34,404 bases of DNA, from NCBI GenBank assembly GCA_040882355.1, contig JBBEBM010000026.1:1-34404 (forward strand), in the 5' to 3' direction. Source of the stretch: Dehalococcoidia bacterium. Its GTDB lineage: Bacteria; Chloroflexota; Dehalococcoidia; DSTF01; RBG-16-68-14. Position 1 is the first letter of the stretch. Every line of letters starts with the position of its first letter. Made by a program: the position numbers and the translations under genes. Below are positions 9,260-17,199 of the stretch, piece by piece. The notes beneath the pieces were generated by a model, which did not search any database, was not told the origin of the DNA, and saw only the letters and a program-made list of their open reading frames with translations.

Positions 9260-9286
9260 TTACCTTGCCAGCAGGGGGTCGCTGAC

Positions 9287-9739
9287 ATGGGGCGTGTCTT
9301 AGCTCTCGACATGGGCGAGCGGCGCATTGGACTGGCCGTGTCCGATCCGGACGGGCGCCTTGCCATACCATTGCGTATTCTGGAGCGAACCAATAACGAC
9401 GGCGCGGACATGAGAGCCATCGCCGAAATAGCGCGCGCCGAGGGAGTCGATACGCTGCTTGTGGGTAACCCACTATCCATGACCGGCCAGGAAGGCCCTC
9501 AGTCGCAACGGGTGCGTTCGTTCGGCCACCGGCTGGCCCAGACCGCCAGCCTCCCGCTGGTGCTCTGGGACGAACGGCTCAGCTCCGCCGAGGCCCGCCG
9601 CTTCGCCCCGGCATCGCGTCGGGGCCAGAAGCGCCGTGGCGGGCGCCGGGAACCGATCGACGATGTGGCGGCCGCGCTCGTCCTCCAGAGCTACCTGGAC
9701 CGCCTCGGAGCAGGCCGCACCCCGCCGTCCACATCATGA
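9287..9739 (+). CDS. ruvX: Holliday junction resolvase-like / pre-16S rRNA nuclease RuvX (YqgF)
   Basis: Motifs RVLALDMGERRIGLAVSD, LVGNPLSMTG, WDERLSS and IDDVAAALVLQSYLD. Confidence 0.95.
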   Translation: MGRVLALDMGERRIGLAVSDPDGRLAIPLRILERTNNDGADMRAIAEIARAEGVDTLLVGNPLSMTGQEGPQSQRVRSFGHRLAQTASLPLVLWDERLSSAEARRFAPASRRGQKRRGGRREPIDDVAAALVLQSYLDRLGAGRTPPSTS

Positions 9740-10821
9740 GGGCCGCCTGGGCGGTACCGGCCCTGGCGCTGCTCTCGCTCGCGGCGCTGGTTGGCATCGG
9801 CGTCTGGCTCCTCTCCGGGACGCCGGGCAGCCTCGTGAATGAGGGGCCGCCACGCATCGGGCCGACACCCTCGTCAGGCAGCGACACCGTCGTCGTCATC
9901 GTTGAAGACGGCGACGGGGCCGAGGAGATCGGTCGGAAGCTGGAAGACGAAGGGGTGATCGAGAGCGCCCGCCGCTTCCAGGTGCTCACCGCCCTCATGG
10001 GCCTGGGGAACGAGCTCGCCGCCGGCGAATACGAGTTCGAGCGCGGCGAGTCCACCCTCACCGTCGTCGAGCGCATCAGTCAGGGCGTAACCTCGCCGCT
10101 CGTCGTGACCGTGCGCGAGGGCCTGCGCATGGAGGAGATCGCGGCGCTGCTCGAACAGCGCGCTGTCCTGGCCGCCGACGAGTTCCAGCGCGCCCTGGGC
10201 GACGCCTACACGTCTTCGTTCCTGGGCGAGCTGCCCGCCGGGTCGGGCCTTGAGGGGTTCCTCTTTCCGGCCACGTACGGCTTTTCGCGGGAGACGGCGG
10301 GCCACGACGCCGTCCAGCAGTTCGTCACCGCCTTCGACCAGCGCTACCGCGAGAGCATCCTTCCGCTCCTGCCCCAGCCGGACCGCCTCTCGCTCCACGA
10401 GACCGTCACACTCGCATCGATCGTTGAGCGGGAGGCGCGCGTGCCAGAGGAGCGGCCGGTCATCGCGAGCGTCTTCCTCAACCGCCTCGAACAGGGACTG
10501 CCCCTCCAGGCTGACCCCACCGTCCAGTACGCGCTCGGCAGCGACCCGGCCAGCGTCGCCGAGTTCGGCTACTGGAAGGCCGGCCTGACGCTGGCTGACC
10601 TGGCCGTCGACTCGCCGTATAATACGTACGAGAACATCGGGTTGCCACCGGGCCCCATCGCGAACCCGGGTCTGGACTCGATCCTGGCAGTGCTCCAGCC
10701 GGACGACACGGACTACCTGTTCTTCGTCGCCCGGCCGGATGGGAGTCACGTCTTCGCCCAGACGCTGGAGGAACACCGGCAAAACGTCTGCGCGATCGAC
10801 CCGGACCGGCCCGAATGCTGA
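9736..10821 (+). CDS. mltG: Endolytic transglycosylase MltG
   Basis: N-terminal TM helix; LEGFLFPATY, LASIVERE, LQADPTVQY, SPYNTY..GLPPGPIANPG and YLFFVA. ATGA overlap with ruvX. Confidence 0.96.
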   Translation: MRAAWAVPALALLSLAALVGIGVWLLSGTPGSLVNEGPPRIGPTPSSGSDTVVVIVEDGDGAEEIGRKLEDEGVIESARRFQVLTALMGLGNELAAGEYEFERGESTLTVVERISQGVTSPLVVTVREGLRMEEIAALLEQRAVLAADEFQRALGDAYTSSFLGELPAGSGLEGFLFPATYGFSRETAGHDAVQQFVTAFDQRYRESILPLLPQPDRLSLHETVTLASIVEREARVPEERPVIASVFLNRLEQGLPLQADPTVQYALGSDPASVAEFGYWKAGLTLADLAVDSPYNTYENIGLPPGPIANPGLDSILAVLQPDDTDYLFFVARPDGSHVFAQTLEEHRQNVCAIDPDRPEC

Positions 10822-10833
10822 GAGGAGCCATCC

Positions 10834-11700
10834 ATGAAGCGCGCCGGCGTCATCGGCTATCCGCTGGGCCATTCGCTCAGCCCGGCGATTTTCCAGGCCG
10901 CATTCGACGCCATGGGCGTCGAAGCGCGCTACGAGGCCTGGCCGACCCCACATGACGAGCTTGAGGCGCGCGTCGCGAGCCTGCGGAGCGACGACGTCCT
11001 GGGCGCCAACGTCACCATCCCCCACAAGGAAGCGATCGTCCCCTTCCTCGACAGGCTCGACGAGCGCGCGGAACGCGTGGGCGCGGTCAACACCGTCGCG
11101 AACGAAGGCGGGCAGCTCGTCGGCTACAACACGGACGTGCCCGGCTTCGCGCGCGGCCTGCGCGACGACGCCGGCTTCGATCCGATGCGCAAGCGCGTCG
11201 CCGTCATCGGCGCCGGCGGCGCGGCGCGCGCGGTCACGCTCGCGCTGATCGAGGGCGCGGCGTCAGTGGTCGTACTCGCCGCGCGCACGCCACGGCGAGC
11301 CGACCGCGTCGTCGTCGACATGCGCAAGCTGACGAGCACCGGCATCACCGTCACCTGGGCGCACTGGGGCGACGGCACCTTCATGATCGAGTTCCCGCGC
11401 GCCGACCTACTCGTCAACACGACGCCCGTCGGCACCGCGGGCAGCGACACCGAGGGCCAGAGCCCCATCGACGAGCAGTACATCCCGGCGAACGGCGTCG
11501 TCTTCGACCTCGTCTACAACCCGCCCGAAACGCCGCTGCTCAGGGCGGCGAAGGCGCGCGGAGCAAAGCCGGTGTCCGGGCTTGGCATGCTCGTCTACCA
11601 GGCCGCCGAAGCGCTCCGCCTGTGGACGGGCCAAGACGCGCCTGTTGACGCCATGCTGGCGGCGGGCCGGAGCGCTCTGGGAGCTGAGGCGACGAAATGA
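10834..11700 (+). CDS. aroE: Shikimate dehydrogenase
   Basis: Motifs GYPLGHSLSP, GANVTIPHKE, GAVNT, GYNTD, GAGGAARA, DLVYNP and GLGMLVYQA; GAGGAG RBS. Confidence 0.96.
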   Translation: MKRAGVIGYPLGHSLSPAIFQAAFDAMGVEARYEAWPTPHDELEARVASLRSDDVLGANVTIPHKEAIVPFLDRLDERAERVGAVNTVANEGGQLVGYNTDVPGFARGLRDDAGFDPMRKRVAVIGAGGAARAVTLALIEGAASVVVLAARTPRRADRVVVDMRKLTSTGITVTWAHWGDGTFMIEFPRADLLVNTTPVGTAGSDTEGQSPIDEQYIPANGVVFDLVYNPPETPLLRAAKARGAKPVSGLGMLVYQAAEALRLWTGQDAPVDAMLAAGRSALGAEATK

Positions 11701-12146
11701 CCGCGCCATTGACCATCGCCATTGTGGCGCTCCTTCTGTCCGCGTTTGTAGCCATGGGAGCGCAGCGAATCGAGGGAGATGAGTCCCCGCTCAAGACGAG
11801 CGTGCTTGGTATTGAGACCTCTTCGATAGCCGGCGACCAATTGGTTGTGAACGGGCAAGACCATGACGGCGAGTCTGGCTATCGGATTTCGGGTCACGTG
11901 GCCTATGTAGCAAATGATGGCGGCCCTTCTGAGGCCCTCCTTGATAGACGCACTTTCTCTCAGGAGTTGCGGGCCAACACGACGGACTATCTGCTGCCAC
12001 GCCCAGATGACGAACGCAACCTGTCCACCATCGCGATGGAGGTTCGCCTGGAAGCACTCGACGGTGCGGGCCTGGTTCTCGAGAGCGATGGCTTCGCGGT
12101 GATGGCGGTCGGTAACAACGGCGGTTCGCCGCGCAGGCTATCCTGA
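11697..12146 (+). CDS. Hypothetical secreted or membrane-anchored protein
   Basis: ATGA overlap with aroE; hydrophobic N-terminus (LTIAIVALLLSAFVAMGA); atypical, more A/T-rich codon usage; fills the gap in the operon. Confidence 0.55.
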   Translation: MTAPLTIAIVALLLSAFVAMGAQRIEGDESPLKTSVLGIETSSIAGDQLVVNGQDHDGESGYRISGHVAYVANDGGPSEALLDRRTFSQELRANTTDYLLPRPDDERNLSTIAMEVRLEALDGAGLVLESDGFAVMAVGNNGGSPRRLS

Positions 12147-12164
12147 ACAGGGTAGAGGTCAACC

Positions 12165-12821
12165 ATGGGATTTGGCATCGGCCTGGGACTCGTAGTCGTG
12201 GCGTTCATGTTCGCGTTCCTTGGCATCATCATCTTCAAAGAGGCGCGCACGCACCGCTTCTGGCGCAGGCGCGTCGAAGAGGGCGACATGGAGATGATCC
12301 GCCAGCTCGTCGAGATGGAGGTCGACGCCTGGCGCATCGAGCGTCCGCCCAAGGGCATGCCCGCCACCGTCTGGCAGGGCATCCAGGCCGTCGAGCTCAT
12401 CGAGATTGGCCGCGACTACATCCGCGCCTCCAGCACCGCCGAGCCGCAGTTCGCCCTCGTCGCCACCGCGCGACGTCAGGTCAGCAGCGCCCTGGACGAA
12501 GCGAAGCGCGTCACCGCCAAGCTGGTCGAGCGCTTCTTCTATGACATCCCGCACGTCCGCGCGGAGCGCGTGCAGATCGACGTCTACACCACCTTCCACG
12601 AACCGAACGGCGACGCCGTCCAGCGCTGCATCCTCACCACCGTCGCTCAGCGCGACGCCGCCGCGGGCATCGACTGGGACGACGACCCGCCCGAGAGCAT
12701 CGCGGAGCGGCTCGGCGCGCGCTACGAGCTCGACATCCTGGGCCACGCCCAGCCGATCGAGCCGGACGAGGAGGCGGTCCGCATCAGCGTCAACGGCACC
12801 CACGCCGAAGGGACGCAATAG
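12165..12821 (+). CDS. Hypothetical protein with one N-terminal TM helix
   Basis: GAGG RBS, host-like GC3-rich codons, TM helix followed by a ~190-aa soluble domain. Confidence 0.8.
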   Translation: MGFGIGLGLVVVAFMFAFLGIIIFKEARTHRFWRRRVEEGDMEMIRQLVEMEVDAWRIERPPKGMPATVWQGIQAVELIEIGRDYIRASSTAEPQFALVATARRQVSSALDEAKRVTAKLVERFFYDIPHVRAERVQIDVYTTFHEPNGDAVQRCILTTVAQRDAAAGIDWDDDPPESIAERLGARYELDILGHAQPIEPDEEAVRISVNGTHAEGTQ

Positions 12822-12830
12822 GGCACTCCT

Positions 12831-12857
12831 TGTCATTCTGAGCGAAGCGAAGAATCT
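12831..12857 (+). repeat. TGTC/CGTC-tagged REP-like repeat, single copy
   Basis: TGTCATTCTGAGCGAAGCGAAGAATCT; closely related copies at 26211-26237 (inverted) and 26250-26276. Confidence 0.8.
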
Positions 12858-12940
12858 TTCGCCTCTGCTGAGGTAGCGTCTCGCGCCGTTGAGCCGACCG
12901 CCCCTCCTCTGACGGTGCGGTACAATGGTGCCAATCAGCC

Positions 12941-14149
12941 ATGTCAACGCTACGCTATCTCACCGCAGGCGAATCCCACGGTAAGGGCCTCACCATCATC
13001 ATCGAGGGCCTGCCCGCCGGCCTTGCCCTGAGCGAGGACTACATCGCCCGGGACCTGCGCCGCCGCCAGGGCGGTTACGGCCGTGGCCGGCGCCAGAAGA
13101 TCGAGCAGGACCGGGCGGAGATCCGCTCCGGCGTGCGTCACGGCCTCACCCTCGGCAGCCCGATCGCGCTGTTCATCGAGAACAAGGACCACGTTAACTG
13201 GCTCGAAGCGATGGCGCTCGAAGAGCCGGAGACGCCCATCGACAAGGTCACGCGCCTCCGCCCCGGCCACGCCGACCTGCCGGGGATCGTCAAATACGGC
13301 TTCGACGACGTGCGCCCGATCCTGGAACGCGCCAGCGCCCGCGAGACGGCGGCGCGTACGGCCGTCGGCGCCGTCTGCCGGCGCTTCCTTGAGGAGTTCG
13401 GCGTCGGCCTGCACAGCCACACCATCGCCATCGACGGAGTCGAGGCCCACGTGGAGGGCGAACCTGACTGGGAGACGGTCGAGGCCTCGCCGGTGCGCTG
13501 CGCCGACGCCGAAGCCGAGCAGCGCATGGTCGCCGCCATCGACGACGCGCGCAACGCCGGCGACAGCCTCGGCGGCATCGTCGAGGTGCGCGCCTCGGGC
13601 GTGCCGATCGGCCTCGGCAGCCACGTCCACTGGGACCGCAAGATCGACGGCCGACTCGCCCAGGCGATGATGAGCCTGAACGCCGTCAAGGGCGTCGAGG
13701 TCGGCATCGGCTTCGCGGGCGCGCGCCTGCGCGGCTCGCAAGTCCACGACGTGATCCTGCCCAACGACCGGTGGAACGGGCGCACCTGGCGTCGCGCGAC
13801 GAACCGCCTCGGCGGCACCGAAGGCGGCATGACGAACGGCGAGGAGATCGTCGTTCGGGTCGCGCTCAAGCCGATCGCCACGCTGCCGCGCTCGCTCCCA
13901 TCCGCCGACCTACGCACCGGCGAGGAGATCCCGGCCCACTACGAGCGCAGCGACGTCTGCGTCGTGCCCGCGGCCGGCGTCATCGGAGAGGCGCTGATGG
14001 CGATCGTGCTGGCCGAAGCCGTGCTCGAGAAGTTCGGCGGCGACCACCTGAGCGAGACGCTGCGCAACCACCACGCCTACCTGAAGACAACCGGCCCCCG
14101 CGGCGGCGAGGCCGTCCCGCCCGTCGAAGAAGAGACGACGGAGGTGTAG
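12941..14149 (+). CDS. aroC: Chorismate synthase
   Basis: Motifs LRYLTAGESHG, RRQGGYGRG, RPGHAD, ERASARETAAR, GDSLGG, GGMTNGE and ERSDVC. TACAAT -10 at 12921-12926. Confidence 0.98.
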   Translation: MSTLRYLTAGESHGKGLTIIIEGLPAGLALSEDYIARDLRRRQGGYGRGRRQKIEQDRAEIRSGVRHGLTLGSPIALFIENKDHVNWLEAMALEEPETPIDKVTRLRPGHADLPGIVKYGFDDVRPILERASARETAARTAVGAVCRRFLEEFGVGLHSHTIAIDGVEAHVEGEPDWETVEASPVRCADAEAEQRMVAAIDDARNAGDSLGGIVEVRASGVPIGLGSHVHWDRKIDGRLAQAMMSLNAVKGVEVGIGFAGARLRGSQVHDVILPNDRWNGRTWRRATNRLGGTEGGMTNGEEIVVRVALKPIATLPRSLPSADLRTGEEIPAHYERSDVCVVPAAGVIGEALMAIVLAEAVLEKFGGDHLSETLRNHHAYLKTTGPRGGEAVPPVEEETTEV

Positions 14150-14158
14150 GGCGTAGCA

Positions 14159-14539
14159 ATGGGGACATTCCGACAGCACATCGAAGTCGGCGATTTCGCG
14201 GGCTCGCGCTACGAGCCTCTCGATGCTTTGGTCGACACAGGTACGACATACACCTGGTTGCCCCGCGATGTGCTCGATCGGCTGGAGGTCGTTCCTGAGG
14301 AGCAGCGGCAGTTCGTCCTTGCTGACGGCCGAGAAGTTGAGTACGGCGTTGCGTGGATACGAATTCGCATCAATGGCAAGACCGAGCCGTCCCTCTGCGT
14401 CTTCGGCGAGCTCGGCACCGAGCCGCTGCTAGGTGTCTTCACGCTGGAGGGCTTTGGCCTCGGCGTGGACCCGGTCAACCGCCAGCTTATACCAGTGCGC
14501 GCCCATCTCGCGGGAGGCCTCCTTCCGCATGACCGATAG
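14159..14539 (+). CDS. Clan AA (retropepsin-like) aspartyl protease family protein
   Basis: ALVDTGTTYTWLP catalytic motif, FVLADGR flap and PLLGVFTLEGFGLGVDPVNRQL C-terminal signature. Confidence 0.85.
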   Translation: MGTFRQHIEVGDFAGSRYEPLDALVDTGTTYTWLPRDVLDRLEVVPEEQRQFVLADGREVEYGVAWIRIRINGKTEPSLCVFGELGTEPLLGVFTLEGFGLGVDPVNRQLIPVRAHLAGGLLPHDR

Positions 14540-16238
14540 CTCCGCCGCGACTTTCCGTCTCTTCCTCACCGGCTTCTCCGGCGCCGGCAAGTCGTCCGTC
14601 GCCGCGCTCGTCGCCGAGAAGCTCGGCTGGCGTGCGCTCGACACCGACACGCTGATCGAGGAGCAGGCCGGCGCATCGGTCGCGGAGATCTTCGCGCGCG
14701 ACGGCGAGGAGCGCTTCCGGGAGCTGGAGCACGAGGCGCTGCGACGCGCCGCCGGGCAGGAGAACGTCGTCGTCGCGACCGGCGGGGGCGCCGTCGTCGC
14801 GGAGGAGAACCGGCGCGCCATGACCGGTGGCCTCGTCGTCTGCCTGGAGGCGCGCGCAACCACCATCCTCGAGCGCCTGCAGGCCGAAGGCTCGCTGGTG
14901 TCCGAACGACCGCTCCTCGCCGGCGACGACCCGCTTGCGCGCATCACGGAGCTGAAGGCGCACCGGCAGCGCTACTACGCCCTCGCCGACCACGTCATCG
15001 AGACCGACGGCCGCACGCCGGCGCAGGTCGCCGACGCTGTCGTCGAAGCCGCGCGCGCGAACGACGAATGGTTCGCCTCACATCCGGACCGCCTGCTCCT
15101 GCCCGAAGAACGCGATACGCCGCCGAGCGCCGAGCCCGTTTGGGTCGAGGCGGCGTCGCGGCGCTACCCGGTCGTCGTCGGCTGGGGCGCGCTCGACCGG
15201 CTGGGCGAGCTGCTGGCGGAGGCCGGCCTCGAGGGCGCCGCGTACGTCGTCAGCGACACCGATGTCCTGCCTCGCCACGGCGACCGCGCCCTCCTCTCGC
15301 TGCGAAACGCCGGCTTCCGGGCGGAGGCGTTCGCCATTCCGGCAGGCGAGGCGAGCAAGCGGCTCGACACCGCCGCCATCGTCTACGACTGGCTGGTCGA
15401 GCAGCGCGCCGAGCGCGGCCACGCCATCGTAGCCCTCGGCGGCGGTGTCGTCGGCGACTTGGCGGGCTTCGTCGCGGCGACGTACATGCGCGGCATGCCC
15501 TTCGTCCAGGCGCCGACCTCGCTGCTGGCGATGGTCGATGCGGCAATCGGCGGCAAGGTCGCCGTCGACCACCAGCAGGGCAAGAACCTGATCGGCGCGT
15601 TCTACCAGCCGCGCCTCGTCGTCGAAGACGTGTCGGTGCTGAAGACGATGCCGCGCCGCTCGTTCGTGCAGGGCTGGGCCGAGGCGATTAAGCACGCCCT
15701 CATCCTCGACCCGCAGCTCCTCAACGACCTCGAAGCGCACGCAGACGACCTCCTCCACATCGAGCCCGCCGTCACTGTCGAGACAATCCGGCGCAACGTC
15801 GCGATCAAGGCGTCGATCGTCGGCGAAGACGAGCGCGACACGGGCCGGCGCGCGATCCTCAACTACGGGCACACCGTCGCCCATGCCATCGAAGCCACCG
15901 CGGGCTATACGAACGTCTATCACGGCGAGGCGGACGCCGTCGGAATGATGGCAGCGGCGGAGATCGGCCGGCGCCTGGGCGTCACGCCGCCGCGCGTCGT
16001 CGAGAGGCAGCGCGCGGTACTGGAGCGCTTCGGCCTCGCGCTCCGCCCAGACGGGCGGCCGTCCGGCCGCGGCCCGAAGCTCGAGCCACAGCGCGTCGTC
16101 GACGCCATGTCGCTCGACAAGAAGGTCTCCGGCGGCGCGATCCGCTGGGTGCTGCTCGAAGACATCGGCCGCGCCGTCCTCCGCGCGGACGTGCCCGAGG
16201 CGCTCGTACGCCAGGTCGTTGAATCGGTCCTTGCTTAG
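14529..16238 (+). CDS. aroKB: Fused shikimate kinase / 3-dehydroquinate synthase (AroK-AroB)
   Basis: P-loop GFSGAGKS, GEERFRELE, VATGGG and RPLL, then GEASK, GGGVVGDLAGFVAATYMRG, DAAIGGK, GKNLIGAFYQP, LNYGHT, HGEA and DKK. ATG 14529 is preferred over 14433. Confidence 0.95.
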   Translation: MTDSSAATFRLFLTGFSGAGKSSVAALVAEKLGWRALDTDTLIEEQAGASVAEIFARDGEERFRELEHEALRRAAGQENVVVATGGGAVVAEENRRAMTGGLVVCLEARATTILERLQAEGSLVSERPLLAGDDPLARITELKAHRQRYYALADHVIETDGRTPAQVADAVVEAARANDEWFASHPDRLLLPEERDTPPSAEPVWVEAASRRYPVVVGWGALDRLGELLAEAGLEGAAYVVSDTDVLPRHGDRALLSLRNAGFRAEAFAIPAGEASKRLDTAAIVYDWLVEQRAERGHAIVALGGGVVGDLAGFVAATYMRGMPFVQAPTSLLAMVDAAIGGKVAVDHQQGKNLIGAFYQPRLVVEDVSVLKTMPRRSFVQGWAEAIKHALILDPQLLNDLEAHADDLLHIEPAVTVETIRRNVAIKASIVGEDERDTGRRAILNYGHTVAHAIEATAGYTNVYHGEADAVGMMAAAEIGRRLGVTPPRVVERQRAVLERFGLALRPDGRPSGRGPKLEPQRVVDAMSLDKKVSGGAIRWVLLEDIGRAVLRADVPEALVRQVVESVLA

Positions 16239-16248
16239 CCACACATGA

Positions 16249-16277
16249 TTGCCCAGCCGCACAAACGCTGGTAGCCT
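16249..16277 (+). promoter_or_regulatory. Putative sigma70 promoter of the small gene at 16316
   Basis: TTGCCC, 17-nt spacer ending in TGG, TAGCCT (extended -10). Confidence 0.5.
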
Positions 16278-16315
16278 AACTCTCGCCACACGAAACGACC
16301 TATGGAGGTGACCCC

Positions 16316-16609
16316 ATGCCCATGTACCTCGTCGAGCACACGCATCCCGCGGAGACCTGCCCCGCCAAGGACCCGAACATGGTGCGCCAGTTGGAGAGCC
16401 ACGTCAGCGACGCCAACGCAGAGAAATACGGCGTGAAGATCCTCGCCGACTTCGTCCGGGAAGTCGAGCACACCACCCTCCTCGTGCTCGAGGCCGACAG
16501 TCCTGAGAAAGTGACCAACTTCGCGCTGCCCTTCCTCATGGCCGGCCCGATCACCGTCAAGACCGGCGAGACGTGCAGCCAGGTCGCTCGCCGCTGCCTC
16601 GGCGGCTGA
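16316..16609 (+). CDS. Small His/Cys-motif protein (DUF3303/GYD-like alpha+beta barrel, tentative)
   Basis: GGAGGTG RBS; YLVEHTHPAETCP N-terminus and EHTTLLVLEADSPEKV; host-like codons. Confidence 0.75.
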   Translation: MPMYLVEHTHPAETCPAKDPNMVRQLESHVSDANAEKYGVKILADFVREVEHTTLLVLEADSPEKVTNFALPFLMAGPITVKTGETCSQVARRCLGG

Positions 16610-16639
16610 CCTGCTGACGAAGCGGTGGTTAGGGCACCC

Positions 16640-16665
16640 GTAGGGCCAGAGCTTTCACTCTGTCC
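16640..16665 (+). repeat. GTAG-tagged REP, degenerate
   Basis: GTAGGGCCAGAGCTTTCACTCTGTCC, closely matching GTAGGGACAGAGCTTCAGCTCTGTCC at 28307. Confidence 0.7.
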
Positions 16666-16695
16666 TGGCTGAGCAGGACTCGTCTCTGTCGGTCC

Positions 16696-16727
16696 ATCTG
16701 TGCAAATCTGTGTTCATCTGTGGCTAA
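16696..16727 (+). repeat. ATCTGTG 10-nt-period tandem repeat
   Basis: ATCTGTGCAA-ATCTGTGTTC-ATCTGTGGCTAA; the same family occurs at 24825-24900 and 30648-30716. Confidence 0.8.
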
Positions 16728-16731
16728 TGCG

Positions 16732-17007
16732 GTGAACAAGCACTTCCACGCCATCATCCGCGGGCGGGTGCAGATGGTCGGCTTCCGCTACTTCGTCACG
16801 GAGCAGGCGCGCTCGCTCGGCCTCACCGGCTGGGTGCGCAACGGCGACGACGGCCAGACAGTTGAGGTGGTTGCTGAGGGCGACGAAGCCAGCTTACGCG
16901 AGCTCGAAGCCGCCTTGCGCCGCGGCCCGCCCCACGCCCAAGTGAGCGCCGTCGATGCGACGTGGTCGGACGACTTCGAGGGCCACGCCAGCTTCGAGCA
17001 GCGCTAG
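16732..17007 (+). CDS. acyP: Acylphosphatase
   Basis: Motifs IRGRVQMVGFRYF, LGLTGWVRN, VEVVAEG and GPPHAQV. Start is GTG 16732; the alternative GTG 16720 lies inside a repeat. Confidence 0.93.
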   Translation: MNKHFHAIIRGRVQMVGFRYFVTEQARSLGLTGWVRNGDDGQTVEVVAEGDEASLRELEAALRRGPPHAQVSAVDATWSDDFEGHASFEQR

Positions 17008-17013
17008 TAGCCG

Positions 17014-17169
17014 CTAGCGGCGCGCGAGGTCGACGATCTCGACGTGCGCCGTGCCCTTGTCGACTTCGAGGACGGCGATCGTGCCCGGCTTGCCCTCTCG
17101 GGCGCCGCCGGGCAGGTTCGGGCTGCCGGGGTTGACGAAGAGGACGCCCTCCCGGTAGGCCACGATCTC
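17014..17169 (-). pseudogene. C-terminal remnant of a YfcE/MJ0936-type metallophosphoesterase
   Basis: Translates EIVAYREGVLFVNPGSPNLPGGAREGKPGTIAVLEVDKGTAHVEIVDLARR*, with the NPGS motif and host-like codons. Upstream in frame there is only a REP and then a stop, with no GHTH or other metal-binding motif. Confidence 0.75.
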
Positions 17170-17174
17170 GACGC

Positions 17175-17199
17175 GGGCGGGTTTGAAACCCGCCCCTAT
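17175..17199 (-). repeat. GTAG-like (ATAG) REP palindrome
   Basis: The minus strand reads ATAG-GGGCGGGTTT-C-AAACCCGCCC, a perfect 10-bp inverted repeat. Confidence 0.75.

Noticed and set aside
14529..16238. AroK-AroB fusion and dprA-topA linkage as novelties
   Set aside because: Both are well-known arrangements.
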